From the IMG/VR virus record IMGVR_UViG_3300049215_000529, positions 140,191 to 204,190 of that record: DNA of 64,000 bases. One strand, 5' to 3'. A program made the position numbers and the translations under genes. Under the pieces are notes generated by a model. That model saw nothing but the letters and a program-made list of their open reading frames with translations, did no database searches and was not told the origin of the DNA. Of the stretch, positions 19,132 through 28,864 are shown piece by piece. The first letter of the stretch is position 1. Each line of letters opens with the position of its first letter.

Positions 19132-20234
19132 TATCTCATCTCCACTTCTAGTTCTGAAACGAGCCTTTTTCTAATGGCTCTTTGTATTTTTTCTACTTCT
19201 GAGTTTTTTAGAGTTGTATCAATAGAACGATAAGTCACTCTGTAGCAATGCGAGGTTTTATCCTTCTTTTTAAACTGATCGATTAGTTCAATGGACTCAA
19301 TGTAGTTGAGCTTATCTTCTTCACGGGCAATGCTACAGAAGTCATTGTATGTGAATTTAGGGCTAAGATAGAATGACACATCCTTATAGCACATCTCATA
19401 CTTAGAATAGGGCTTGAATTTGGTAATCTTGCCAGCCTTGAATTGATCTAAGAAACGCGGGTCAGTGCTCCAGAATAGTCGAATATCAGGGATATCGAAC
19501 ATAACCATTGCCAATCGCTCTAACCCAAGACCAAATGCCCAGGCTTGAGTACCTGGTAAACCAAGGTCTTTCATGATATCGGGGTGAACGGTACCCGCGC
19601 CAAGGATTTCTAGGTCTTTAGTTGACCCATCTTCCATCTTGAACTTGACCTCTACTTCCAAAGAATCAACTGTAAAAGGGAAGTAGATGTTTTTGTGCTC
19701 TGAATCCTCTAAAAATCGGAAGACACACTTATCACCGAATAGGTGTTTTACCAGTCCTGTTAATCTTTTACGCAAATCCTTCTTAACATCAGTGCCAGGA
19801 TCTACGATGTAGAAGGCATCCATCTGATGGAAAGCTGGATAATGGGTCGCATCAATGGCGTCTTTTCGATATACATCACCACAGGTAATATATCGAAGTC
19901 TACTTTGACCACTGTTAGTATGACCAAGTGGATACAAATAGCAAGTCATGTGTGTTCTTAATACAGTCTTTTCATCTAAATAGAATGTATCAGATGGGCT
20001 TCTAGATGGGTGATCTTCGGGAACACGTAATCTATCGAAATTATATTCGATAGGTACATATGGATTGTCAATATCGATTTTGGCTAAATCCGAAAAGTAC
20101 TCAAATACCTTCTCTTTAACAATGGCAATCGGATGATTTGGCTCATTGTACAGATTCTTACCAATTTTTTCGATAATACTGCTAGGGATGTTATTCATAA
20201 CGTACTTTTGACTTTCCAGATTTCCTTTAGCCAT
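19131..20234 (-). CDS. pheS: Phenylalanine-tRNA ligase, single-chain mitochondrial-type (catalytic + C-terminal FDX anticodon-binding domain)
   Basis: VLRTHMT, GDVYRKD, FPFT, AFGLGLERLAM, then KDVSF...CYRVTYRS FDX-ACB domain. Confidence 0.9.
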   Translation of the reverse strand: MAKGNLESQKYVMNNIPSSIIEKIGKNLYNEPNHPIAIVKEKVFEYFSDLAKIDIDNPYVPIEYNFDRLRVPEDHPSRSPSDTFYLDEKTVLRTHMTCYLYPLGHTNSGQSRLRYITCGDVYRKDAIDATHYPAFHQMDAFYIVDPGTDVKKDLRKRLTGLVKHLFGDKCVFRFLEDSEHKNIYFPFTVDSLEVEVKFKMEDGSTKDLEILGAGTVHPDIMKDLGLPGTQAWAFGLGLERLAMVMFDIPDIRLFWSTDPRFLDQFKAGKITKFKPYSKYEMCYKDVSFYLSPKFTYNDFCSIAREEDKLNYIESIELIDQFKKKDKTSHCYRVTYRSIDTTLKNSEVEKIQRAIRKRLVSELEVEMR

Positions 20235-20764
20235 TTGACTGTGCCGTCCGGTGTGGGATGAACTCCATCACCCAGTGGTATGTTCAAGCTCTCTGTATCA
20301 ATGTAAGCACAAGTTGGAGTGACTTTATTTTTTAATAAAGTGTTGATGACATGTTTTTCGCCATGTACGGCGGTTGGTCCCACCCAAATACACTTGAGGT
20401 GACGGGCGGTAACTTCGTTTAATATTCGCTGTACACTTGGTAACCATGGAAAATTGAAATTAACCGTTCCCAAAAAGATGATTACCACATCAGTTCTAGG
20501 AGATTGATTCAGTGCTTCTGTGAAATGACCATCATTCCAATAGGTAATTGGCGTACCACCCTTGTAATGAACTGTAATTGTCTCATTAGGCTGCCTGACG
20601 TCATTAAGTTTCCAGCTGGCATAGCCAGCAGTAGAATCTCCCACTATTGTAATGTTTTGATGTGGAGGAGCAACATCGGTTCCGGCATCTTCTTCTGATA
20701 AATTAGATGAAGAGGCTACTGATTGGCACCCCAAAATCAATGGTAAAAGATAGTACAGTCTCAT
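20195..20764 (-). CDS. SGNH/GDSL hydrolase, putative lipoprotein
   Basis: ILGC lipobox, IVGDS block I and DGVHP block V. Confidence 0.78.
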   Translation of the reverse strand: MRLYYLLPLILGCQSVASSSNLSEEDAGTDVAPPHQNITIVGDSTAGYASWKLNDVRQPNETITVHYKGGTPITYWNDGHFTEALNQSPRTDVVIIFLGTVNFNFPWLPSVQRILNEVTARHLKCIWVGPTAVHGEKHVINTLLKNKVTPTCAYIDTESLNIPLGDGVHPTPDGTVKWLKEIWKVKSTL

Positions 20765-21315
20765 TCTTCACCCTCATCTATTTCAACAGGCGGGAGTGGA
20801 TTACTTGAATGCCATTTCAAGGCACAAGTAATCTTTTGCCTAGATTGCCAACTTTCACGGCAACGACCATCTGTATAACCAGAAAGCTTATCCAAAGGAT
20901 TAATTCTTGGATTTAGACTTGTACACCAATTGAAGCTTCTTTCAACAAAGTTCAAAGCAAACCCTGCTGCATCTGATAAATTATTGCAAGTTTGAGCCTT
21001 GCTGGTATGTGTTTGCCATGGACCAAAGGCGATACCATTATCACCATTTCGTTTACAGGTAACAGCATTTTTCTCGTATCCAGTTTCAGTAGAGGCAATG
21101 GAGGCTAACAGTAAGGCAGTTTTTACCTTTCCATCATCTCCGCTAAACACAGGAGTACGAGATTCGTCTAGGGCGACCGTCGCCATAGCAAGCGCAATTT
21201 CACAATACCTTAGCAAAGTAGAATCTTCTTTTTCATAATACGAGTGTTCTTTGAGTGGCACCCATGAAACCATGGCTGTCAGCAAGTAACTCGCTAACAT
21301 AATAACTTTAATCAT
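20761..21315 (-). CDS. Putative lysozyme-like/lytic transglycosylase-fold protein with N-terminal anchor
   Basis: Hydrophobic N-terminus; ET...GDNGIAFGPWQ pattern. Confidence 0.45.
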   Translation of the reverse strand: MIKVIMLASYLLTAMVSWVPLKEHSYYEKEDSTLLRYCEIALAMATVALDESRTPVFSGDDGKVKTALLLASIASTETGYEKNAVTCKRNGDNGIAFGPWQTHTSKAQTCNNLSDAAGFALNFVERSFNWCTSLNPRINPLDKLSGYTDGRCRESWQSRQKITCALKWHSSNPLPPVEIDEGEE

Positions 21316-21324
21316 GACATGTCC

Positions 21325-22425
21325 TTATTTTCCTGTTCCCAGGAATTTTTTAATGGATGGCAAGATTTCATTTCGGTTGTTAATTTCACTTAAAATCACC
21401 TTATCCTTTTGAGAAGTCCCAAGAAAGGAGGATTCTAATACTTTGAGGAAATTACCAGTTCCCGAATTAACCTGACCATAACAAAATAAATTGGAGTTAG
21501 GGATGATTTTCGACTCTAATAAAGAGACCGCAACTGCATCATCTGAATCTCCCCAATTGTCTCCGTCACTAAAGTGGAATGGATATACATTATATTCAGC
21601 AAATGGATATTCATTTTCCATCATAGTGGCACAGAATTTATACGCAGAAGAAATACTAGTACCACCTGATTCAGAGATAGTGAAAAACTGCTCACGATCT
21701 ACTTCTGATGCTACTGTATCATGGATAATGAATCGGGATTCAATATCCTTGTACTGATATTTCAGCCATAGATCAATCCAAAATACTTCAGATTTAACTA
21801 TGTGCTTTTGTTCGGCTCCCATTGAACCAGATACATCCATCATATAGATAACGACAGTATTGATATTTGGTTCTTCAATAGGAATAGCGGCACGATATCT
21901 CCTATCAGCCTTGATAGGAAACATCCCAGGTTTTCCTGGTTCATAAGTGCCAGAAGCGATATTTCGCTTCAGCATCTCTTTGTAGGTTCTTTTGAAGTGT
22001 TTGAGTCCTTCAGAACCTACCGTTCTAATTCCAGTATATTTGTTTTTACTGGAGGCAATTTTACCTTTGCCCTTCTCATCAACATTTGGAAGAGATAGTT
22101 CTTCGCTCAAAAGTTGAGCTAGTTCATCGGCAGTAAATTCGGCTTGATAGCCATGCTGACCCTCATCATTACCAGCCTTACCTTTTCCTTGACCAGGCTT
22201 GCCTTGACCGTCAATTGGATCACCGTCTTCACCTTCTCCTTGACCTGTACCACCACCATGACTGTGGGTAAAATGGGGCAGGTCAATACTATCAATTGGA
22301 ATTGAAACGCGCTTATTTCCCTGCTGTCCGATTAACTGATCGGAGCTTACATATTTGCCAAGGTTGTGCTTTACCTTATTTCGAACGATGTTTTTAAAAC
22401 GACCAACATCCTGATCTATTTTCAT
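21325..22425 (-). CDS. yeaH: YeaH/YhbH (DUF444) vWA-domain protein
   Basis: MMDVSGSM MIDAS, ESGGT and FHFSDGDNW motifs. Confidence 0.9.
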   Translation of the reverse strand: MKIDQDVGRFKNIVRNKVKHNLGKYVSSDQLIGQQGNKRVSIPIDSIDLPHFTHSHGGGTGQGEGEDGDPIDGQGKPGQGKGKAGNDEGQHGYQAEFTADELAQLLSEELSLPNVDEKGKGKIASSKNKYTGIRTVGSEGLKHFKRTYKEMLKRNIASGTYEPGKPGMFPIKADRRYRAAIPIEEPNINTVVIYMMDVSGSMGAEQKHIVKSEVFWIDLWLKYQYKDIESRFIIHDTVASEVDREQFFTISESGGTSISSAYKFCATMMENEYPFAEYNVYPFHFSDGDNWGDSDDAVAVSLLESKIIPNSNLFCYGQVNSGTGNFLKVLESSFLGTSQKDKVILSEINNRNEILPSIKKFLGTGK

Positions 22426-23306
22426 TTTGGTGGAATCCTTGTAGCAAGTACAGTCGTTTCCAGATCTCCCACAGCTTTCACCATGTCATTAAATCTTTTG
22501 CTTACGTAGACATGCTTTTCAATATAGCTTCTATCCTGTGAAAAGATAGGGATTTCGTTATCTACTACCCACTCAGTACGCTCTGCATTGAATACTTCAC
22601 CAGTTTTGGGGTTAGTGCCCTGTTTCATCACTTTGGTCTTGACAATACAGCGACCACGTTTTTGAGAGGTTGGACAGTCATTCCAGTTGATACCCTTTTG
22701 GAAACATAGTTCTTGTAGCTCAGAATTACCTTTACCCTCTAATTGTTTGTGAGAGTATAGAGTACAAGCTAGCATTTGAACTGAGTTTCGGGTGGCATCC
22801 TGTTGGCGCCATAGAAAATAGTTCACCACTTCTTCTTTCGGAACAATGAAGGCGCGGCTATCGAAATAAGCTGGTCTGTTGAAATCACACTCACTCATAG
22901 GATCGGCACCAGCATCAACTTCAGCGGAAGTTTTGGGCGCCCAAATTTGCCAAGAGTTCATTGTAAACGTAACCGATGCCATTGATGCAGAAATACTAAC
23001 CATCTTCTGTAGGTTATTATCAAACCATGATTGGGTGTCAACGTCTGTATAATTGTTTAGCAGCAATGAAATCTCATCAGATTGCACATAGGCAATTTGA
23101 CAGCCTTGAACATGCTCGCAAAGATACTTTGCGGTTTCGTTCATACAATCGATCAAACCTTGATCTAGAGGTCGCTTACAGCCCTTGGTGTAAGTATGAA
23201 ATGCTTTGCCGTCAATACGAAGAATAACGGGCATTCTAATGGGCAAATGTGTCCTATAAGCATCCTCATAGGATTTCATTCTGTCGCCTAGATTATCATT
23301 GCTCAT
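22422..23306 (-). CDS. tRNA(His) guanylyltransferase-like (Thg1/TLP)
   Basis: RIDGKAFH, YVQSDEISL, FDSR and WRQQDATRNS motifs. Confidence 0.92.
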   Translation of the reverse strand: MSNDNLGDRMKSYEDAYRTHLPIRMPVILRIDGKAFHTYTKGCKRPLDQGLIDCMNETAKYLCEHVQGCQIAYVQSDEISLLLNNYTDVDTQSWFDNNLQKMVSISASMASVTFTMNSWQIWAPKTSAEVDAGADPMSECDFNRPAYFDSRAFIVPKEEVVNYFLWRQQDATRNSVQMLACTLYSHKQLEGKGNSELQELCFQKGINWNDCPTSQKRGRCIVKTKVMKQGTNPKTGEVFNAERTEWVVDNEIPIFSQDRSYIEKHVYVSKRFNDMVKAVGDLETTVLATRIPPK

Positions 23307-23310
23307 AATT

Positions 23311-23619
23311 TCACCACATCTTATCTATACGGGTTTTCATCTTGATACACAAATTGAACTTCTTGTTAAGTAGTACGCGTTCTTTTCTAATTCTTTTTAG
23401 ATACTTCACTCGTTGGCGAGCCTCTGTACCAGCGAAACCATATGTACTATGCGGAGGGTTTTCTTTAGCAAAAACTTGCTCATCCCTAATGGAATTATCT
23501 AATGTTTTTAAATCTTCTTGAAAAGAAAGAAGCAAATAATTTAGTATTTTTTCGTCCCCCAAACTATTAAGCATCTTGACAATTAACAAGTCTGTTTCTG
23601 CAGTTTTCTTATTTTTCAT
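23311..23619 (-). CDS. Hypothetical protein
   Basis: 102-aa coupled ORF. Confidence 0.55.
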   Translation of the reverse strand: MKNKKTAETDLLIVKMLNSLGDEKILNYLLLSFQEDLKTLDNSIRDEQVFAKENPPHSTYGFAGTEARQRVKYLKRIRKERVLLNKKFNLCIKMKTRIDKMW

Positions 23620-24191
23620 AGTGATTGCCTAGTTGAGTGTTCTTTGTGATGATCCCAATTTTGCTGATATGTTTCTGCAATTTTGGCATTAGTTAATTCG
23701 ATACTATTCTCTGCGTTGCTATGCTCGGCAGCATTGGTAAAGTTGAAAGATCCAGTGAAAACAGTCTTCTTGTCAATAATCATAATCTTGTTGTGAGCAA
23801 TAGCGTGCTTGTCATCAATGTAGGTAGTTATACCATGACCCACCAACATTGGCAAAACGCTTCCTTTGCCGGTCCTGTCGCTCTTATCAAGAATCACTTC
23901 GACATGCACACCTCGTTGATGGGCAGCCATCAAAGCTTGAGCAATTGGTACCGAAGTAAATGAATACGCTTGAACATAAACAGATTGTTGCGCTTTACCA
24001 AGTTCCTCCACTACATGAGTGGTGCAGCCACCATTGGGTGAGAAGTGAGCGTTCCACTGGATATCAGACGATTCTTGTACAGTGGTTGGGGCTGTGATAA
24101 CGGGATCACGTTTGATTGGTTTTTCATTGATATTGGGCATGTCATTACAGCCCACTAAAACAAATAGAATGACAAATAAAAGTTTATGCAT
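23616..24191 (-). CDS. PLD-family (Nuc-like) endonuclease, putative lipoprotein
   Basis: Start MHKLLF overlaps the upstream stop; LVGC lipobox; FSPNGG; HNKIMIID...GSFN...NAEN (HKD). Confidence 0.88.
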   Translation of the reverse strand: MHKLLFVILFVLVGCNDMPNINEKPIKRDPVITAPTTVQESSDIQWNAHFSPNGGCTTHVVEELGKAQQSVYVQAYSFTSVPIAQALMAAHQRGVHVEVILDKSDRTGKGSVLPMLVGHGITTYIDDKHAIAHNKIMIIDKKTVFTGSFNFTNAAEHSNAENSIELTNAKIAETYQQNWDHHKEHSTRQSL

Positions 24192-24831
24192 TGTAGTATT
24201 TATTGTAAAGTTCGATAAATGGTTTGTTTTCATTTTTAAGTTTGATATTGAATCCAGCAGGCACTCCAGTAGATAAATAAGCCTGACATTCATCCACGTA
24301 GACATGGGAAGTATATCCGATGCGTTTCAAGACTTTAAACATAGAGTTTCGAAAATTAGGCTTAAGTTCACTGACAAGAGTAGCCATTTCCTTTTTATAT
24401 TTCGGAATCAAATAAAACATACCATGAGCCACTTCATGCTTCATGGTAAATAGATTCTTTGTTTTATTGCCAGTAGAACCAATAAGGTAAAAATCGCCTC
24501 CAGCTTTTTGGCTGCAAGCGGCATGTACATCTAACATGACTTGATCATACTTGTTTTTATCTGGAATTCCCAAGCTATGAACCATGGTAATGACATTGCT
24601 TGGGACATTGAACCCCGCCCAATCTAGTGGATAAGTAAAAGAGCCATTGCCAAAAGTTTCAGAATACCACTCCATAAAATCTACCAAACTAAAAGCGTGA
24701 TTGCGAAATTTAGGATTGGGCGACTCATAATACTCTTGATATCGCAAGAAATGCATGGCGCATTGATATGGGTCTTTGAAATTCAGATGAAAAATCTTTG
24801 GCTTAACTTCTTTAACAGTAAAATGTCTCAT
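24184..24831 (-). CDS. Hypothetical protein
   Basis: 215-aa ORF containing KHEVAH, a possible HExxH. Confidence 0.7.
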   Translation of the reverse strand: MRHFTVKEVKPKIFHLNFKDPYQCAMHFLRYQEYYESPNPKFRNHAFSLVDFMEWYSETFGNGSFTYPLDWAGFNVPSNVITMVHSLGIPDKNKYDQVMLDVHAACSQKAGGDFYLIGSTGNKTKNLFTMKHEVAHGMFYLIPKYKKEMATLVSELKPNFRNSMFKVLKRIGYTSHVYVDECQAYLSTGVPAGFNIKLKNENKPFIELYNKYYNA

Positions 24832-25280
24832 TTTAATACCTGTAGTTTTTTAATAACTTTGGGAACTTGGCTTTTCTTCATTGGCCAAAGTCCAATAACT
24901 GTTTCACTCATAGGAGCAATTTCAGTCAAACCAGCATCCACCACAAGAACAAACTTGTTTGGAAATTCAGCTTTGATCTTGTCCCATTCTTTATCATCAG
25001 CTTTTAAAACAACTTTACGAAAAGATTCATCAAGCCACGCTTTAAAAGACGTAACTAACGAAGGGTCATGCTCTGGCTCCCAACCACACAAATTGTTTGC
25101 TTCATTTTCCGAACGAAAAGTGTCGTACTTTAACTGAAGCATTTGGGAAGCATGCGCACACTGTGCTGCCGTTTTACCTATACCCATGCCTAATGACTCT
25201 CGTACGATTAGGTACATTACAATAGGGTCTTCTTGATTAGCTCGCTTTGCAGCTGCCTCTGATGAATCCAGTGGTTCCAT
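24828..25280 (-). CDS. pth2: Peptidyl-tRNA hydrolase, Pth2 type
   Basis: GKTAAQCAHA, RKVVLK and VDAGLTEI motifs. Confidence 0.92.
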   Translation of the reverse strand: MEPLDSSEAAAKRANQEDPIVMYLIVRESLGMGIGKTAAQCAHASQMLQLKYDTFRSENEANNLCGWEPEHDPSLVTSFKAWLDESFRKVVLKADDKEWDKIKAEFPNKFVLVVDAGLTEIAPMSETVIGLWPMKKSQVPKVIKKLQVLK

Positions 25281-25286
25281 ACAAAT

Positions 25287-25314
25287 ATCTTAATCACTAA
25301 AATAAGGAAGTCAA
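25287..25314 (-). promoter_or_regulatory. Sigma70-like promoter
   Basis: TTGACT-N16-TAAGAT upstream of pth2. Confidence 0.5.
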
Positions 25315-25333
25315 GCCCCGCCAATCTGAAAAA

Positions 25334-26530
25334 TTAGGCGCCGTAATCAGTTTTCCAAGGAGGGAATCCGAGAACTACGAACAAATCCAGTTTGTTAGGA
25401 GTCGCATTGACTTGGGTTCGTGTAACTGAGCCGTAACTGACAGCAATCACATCGTCCAATTTGTATTTCAAAAGAGAATTGTTGGCAAAAACAATAGTAC
25501 TTCCATTGCCACCAAATAAGAATAATCGATCGTAAATAATCGCAAGTTGCGATTGAGAAACTTCTCCAGGAATAGATGTCTTTGTATCTATCCATGAAAA
25601 TGGATTAGACAATTGACATCTTAAGATTCTTGTTGGAGAAACATAACCATCAGTTGGAGTAAATAAAAATCCTTGATTACCTACTGTGGCAAACTGACCA
25701 TAAAAACATGGAAATGGTAAAAAGCTAGTAAAAGACCAAGTAGTTGGTGTATTAATCGGTGCTGAATAAATATTCTTGGTAGTAGTATTATTGGTCGTTA
25801 ATCCGCCAAATAATATCGCATATCCATCTACAATAGCTAGCTGTGAACCATATAAAGGATCTGGTAAAGTCTGTCCGGTATCACTCCACGATAGTGGGCT
25901 GCTAGTTGGGGCGCTTAGAATGGCTTTGCTTGGACCATATCCATCATAGCCGCCAAATAAATACATGTAACCATCAATAATGCCCAATTGGGAATGATGA
26001 AGATTTTTTGGCAGAATATAACCATCATTGGTCCAGTTTAATGGATTAGAGGTTGGAGCCGACAGAACTGCATTGGTTGGTGTTCCAAAGGTAGCATCTG
26101 TAGTTCCACCAAACAAATAGACAGAGTTGTTTACAATAGCTAATTGCGAGCCAGCAAGCGGTATTGGCAATTTAGCGCCAGTATCAGCCCAAACACCCGG
26201 ATTATTAACGGGGGCACGAAGAATCTTGGAACTGTTCTGTCCACCAAATAAATAGACATAACCATCAATAACAGCGGTTTGTGAATCACAGGTGTAGCAT
26301 GGAAGCACTCTTCTGGTAGTAGACCAGTCTTCTGCATTAGGTAAATTGAAATTAGCTACAACACTAGGATCAAGAATTTCATAAGCAGTAACATCCACTA
26401 ACGGACTAGGACCTGATTTATCGCCAGTATATAGCGCACCAGTGAAATCCGGCGTATCATTCACTACCCAAGTTCTATATTGTATTGGAGACGAATCAAC
26501 GTCTCTGCCAAGCATTTTGAAGCATACCAT
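25334..26530 (-). CDS. Kelch-like beta-propeller protein
   Basis: Repeated (I/V)xDGYxYLFGG units with W-terminating blades. Confidence 0.8.
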   Translation of the reverse strand: MVCFKMLGRDVDSSPIQYRTWVVNDTPDFTGALYTGDKSGPSPLVDVTAYEILDPSVVANFNLPNAEDWSTTRRVLPCYTCDSQTAVIDGYVYLFGGQNSSKILRAPVNNPGVWADTGAKLPIPLAGSQLAIVNNSVYLFGGTTDATFGTPTNAVLSAPTSNPLNWTNDGYILPKNLHHSQLGIIDGYMYLFGGYDGYGPSKAILSAPTSSPLSWSDTGQTLPDPLYGSQLAIVDGYAILFGGLTTNNTTTKNIYSAPINTPTTWSFTSFLPFPCFYGQFATVGNQGFLFTPTDGYVSPTRILRCQLSNPFSWIDTKTSIPGEVSQSQLAIIYDRLFLFGGNGSTIVFANNSLLKYKLDDVIAVSYGSVTRTQVNATPNKLDLFVVLGFPPWKTDYGA

Positions 26531-26558
26531 ATCAACATAATGCTACATTATGACGATA

Positions 26559-28049
26559 TTAGATCTTGGCTAGTTTCTTCACCAAATATAGCTCAGATTT
26601 ACTACGAGTTACGGCAACATACCAAAGGTTATCTTCTTCTCCGCCCATTCCGCTTTTTCGATAGGTGCTGGTCAAAATAAAGACACGATCGCGTTCCAAA
26701 CCTTTGGCTTTATGAGTCGTAGAAAACATAACTTTAGCAGCATCATCAACATCATTAAACAGTTTCTCGATAGTCTCTTTGAGATCTTTAATCGTCAAAG
26801 TTCCTTCGCATAGGTTCAATAAACATTCCGCTTTATCGATACATACTGTCGTATCTCTCTTCTCCGACAATAATCTTCTAATTTCTTGCTCTTTCCATTC
26901 AACAACATAAGCAATGAAATCATTAATGGTTTTTGCCTTAGATTTTTTGATGAAGTACAATAGGTTAGCACCAACATCTCGACCCTGAATATTAGCTGGG
27001 ACACCCGCTTTGAGCAAAGCCATGCAGTGTTTTACCAATGGGGCATTAGTTCTTGATAGAACGAAATCTCCTGCCTTAACTGATTTTTGCAAATCTTCCA
27101 CAGGCATTTCAACAACAAATCCATCTGGAGCATTGTCGTGAGCCTGAATATCGGGAACTATCTCTTGTGCCAGTTTCACCACCTTTTTAGGGCAGCGGTA
27201 TGTGACTGAAAGCGGCAACGTCTTAGCTTTCAACTTATTAATGAAATTAGGAATAGCTTCACTGTCGGCTCCGCGAAACTGATAAATGCTTTGAGCAGGG
27301 TCACCTACCGCAATGATTCTACCACCTGGCTTGATTGCCGACATTACCATAGCAATTTGGGCAGCATTCAAATCCTGAGCCTCATCAACGAATACTACAT
27401 CCCATTTGCCAACATTGAGACGATACACGAATGGAAACCAAATCATATCATCAAAGTCCACAACTTGCTTTTGAGACTTGCACAATCCTAGTGTTTTGAT
27501 GACGTACTCAATAAATTTGGGTCGTTCTAAATCTAGAGGATCGATATCAAATCGGTCCATCAACTCATCGATTTTGGTTGGAGTGTCAAATAAAAAGCCT
27601 TTGCATAAAGAAACGCATTTGCAAATACTTTGATTAAGCTCCCACAAATCATAGTCGTCACCAATCAAAGTGGCGACCAATGCTCTGCATTTATCGTTCT
27701 CTAGGATGACATTGCCAAAATTCTGTTTGATGGCGCGAAAGCCCAAACTGTGAAGGGTTAGAGTGTCTACGTAGGATGGTGCTCGTTGCTTTAGCTCTTC
27801 AGCGATGCTTTTGTTGAAAGCAACCATGAGAGTCTTTTTACCTCTCGGAATGTACTTGAATCCCTCTACGATAGTGGATGTTTTACCAGAACCTGCGCGG
27901 GCAATTACCACAGTATGATCTGATGCTTTGGCAATATCTTTGAAGATATTCTTCTGAAAGTCAGACCACTCTCTCTTGGGATTGAACTTGACGAGGTGTG
28001 AATTATCTGGTCTTTTGGGTGGAAACTTACTGACCTTTTTTGAGGACAT
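26559..28049 (-). CDS. UvrD/Rep superfamily 1 helicase
   Basis: ARAGSGKT, VDEAQD, GDPAQSIYQFRGAD, THKAKGLE and YVAVTR motifs. Confidence 0.95.
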   Translation of the reverse strand: MSSKKVSKFPPKRPDNSHLVKFNPKREWSDFQKNIFKDIAKASDHTVVIARAGSGKTSTIVEGFKYIPRGKKTLMVAFNKSIAEELKQRAPSYVDTLTLHSLGFRAIKQNFGNVILENDKCRALVATLIGDDYDLWELNQSICKCVSLCKGFLFDTPTKIDELMDRFDIDPLDLERPKFIEYVIKTLGLCKSQKQVVDFDDMIWFPFVYRLNVGKWDVVFVDEAQDLNAAQIAMVMSAIKPGGRIIAVGDPAQSIYQFRGADSEAIPNFINKLKAKTLPLSVTYRCPKKVVKLAQEIVPDIQAHDNAPDGFVVEMPVEDLQKSVKAGDFVLSRTNAPLVKHCMALLKAGVPANIQGRDVGANLLYFIKKSKAKTINDFIAYVVEWKEQEIRRLLSEKRDTTVCIDKAECLLNLCEGTLTIKDLKETIEKLFNDVDDAAKVMFSTTHKAKGLERDRVFILTSTYRKSGMGGEEDNLWYVAVTRSKSELYLVKKLAKI

Positions 28050-28863
28050 GAGGAAATCTTCTTTCTAAATCAGAAACCACTTGGACGCCAATTTTCCTGT
28101 TTTCTTCCTGGCGAGCGTGATCATCTTCTCCGCTACTATATCGTGATTTGACCTGAGGAACGCCACTTTTATCTCGCAACAATAAGGCAGCTTCATAAGC
28201 TAAAGCTAACCAATCTGGCTTCACATCATCCGGTACCTTGCAAATATCGGAATAATCTTTGGAGACAGGATAAAAGCTATAAACACCAGATGTCCAATAT
28301 TTGGATTGTGGATCGCTATAATCGTCGTATTCGTTTAGAATCTCTTCATATCCATATTTTTTGAGAAGTTTCTTGACCTCTGCGGCTGCCTCAAATACTT
28401 CTTTATTTTCTTCGCGACGAGCTAAAGAATCAAGATAACTATCTGGGCTTGTATTCATAAGGCTACCATCTAACCAATCATATCCATTACCAATAGTAAA
28501 GAACCAATGATCAAGATAGGAAACTCTAGTCGGATAAATGTCTGACCAGTATTTGGCGCAGTACTCAAAAGACTCCTCAACTGTGGGCGGACCTTTCTTT
28601 TTAAACTCATCAATCCAATCAAGACAAGTCTTCATTGCTACGTCACGTGTTTTACCAGGACGTAAACAAATGCCAACGTACGGTCTTGATAATGGAGCAT
28701 CATGAGTTTTTCCGTCAATTTTTAAGTCGTAATCTACCAGAATTTTAGCCTGATGAATAGATCCAAATTTCCAAGTATTAACGACAAATCTGTCAATTGT
28801 AGTGTACCATGTCTCATGATTTTGTTCCCAATCATGACCGAAACAATGTAATTTCTTGGACAT
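28027..28863 (-). CDS. Hypothetical protein
   Basis: 278-aa ORF in the operon. Confidence 0.7.
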   Translation of the reverse strand: MSKKLHCFGHDWEQNHETWYTTIDRFVVNTWKFGSIHQAKILVDYDLKIDGKTHDAPLSRPYVGICLRPGKTRDVAMKTCLDWIDEFKKKGPPTVEESFEYCAKYWSDIYPTRVSYLDHWFFTIGNGYDWLDGSLMNTSPDSYLDSLARREENKEVFEAAAEVKKLLKKYGYEEILNEYDDYSDPQSKYWTSGVYSFYPVSKDYSDICKVPDDVKPDWLALAYEAALLLRDKSGVPQVKSRYSSGEDDHARQEENRKIGVQVVSDLERRFPHVLKKGQ

Positions 28864-28864
28864 G

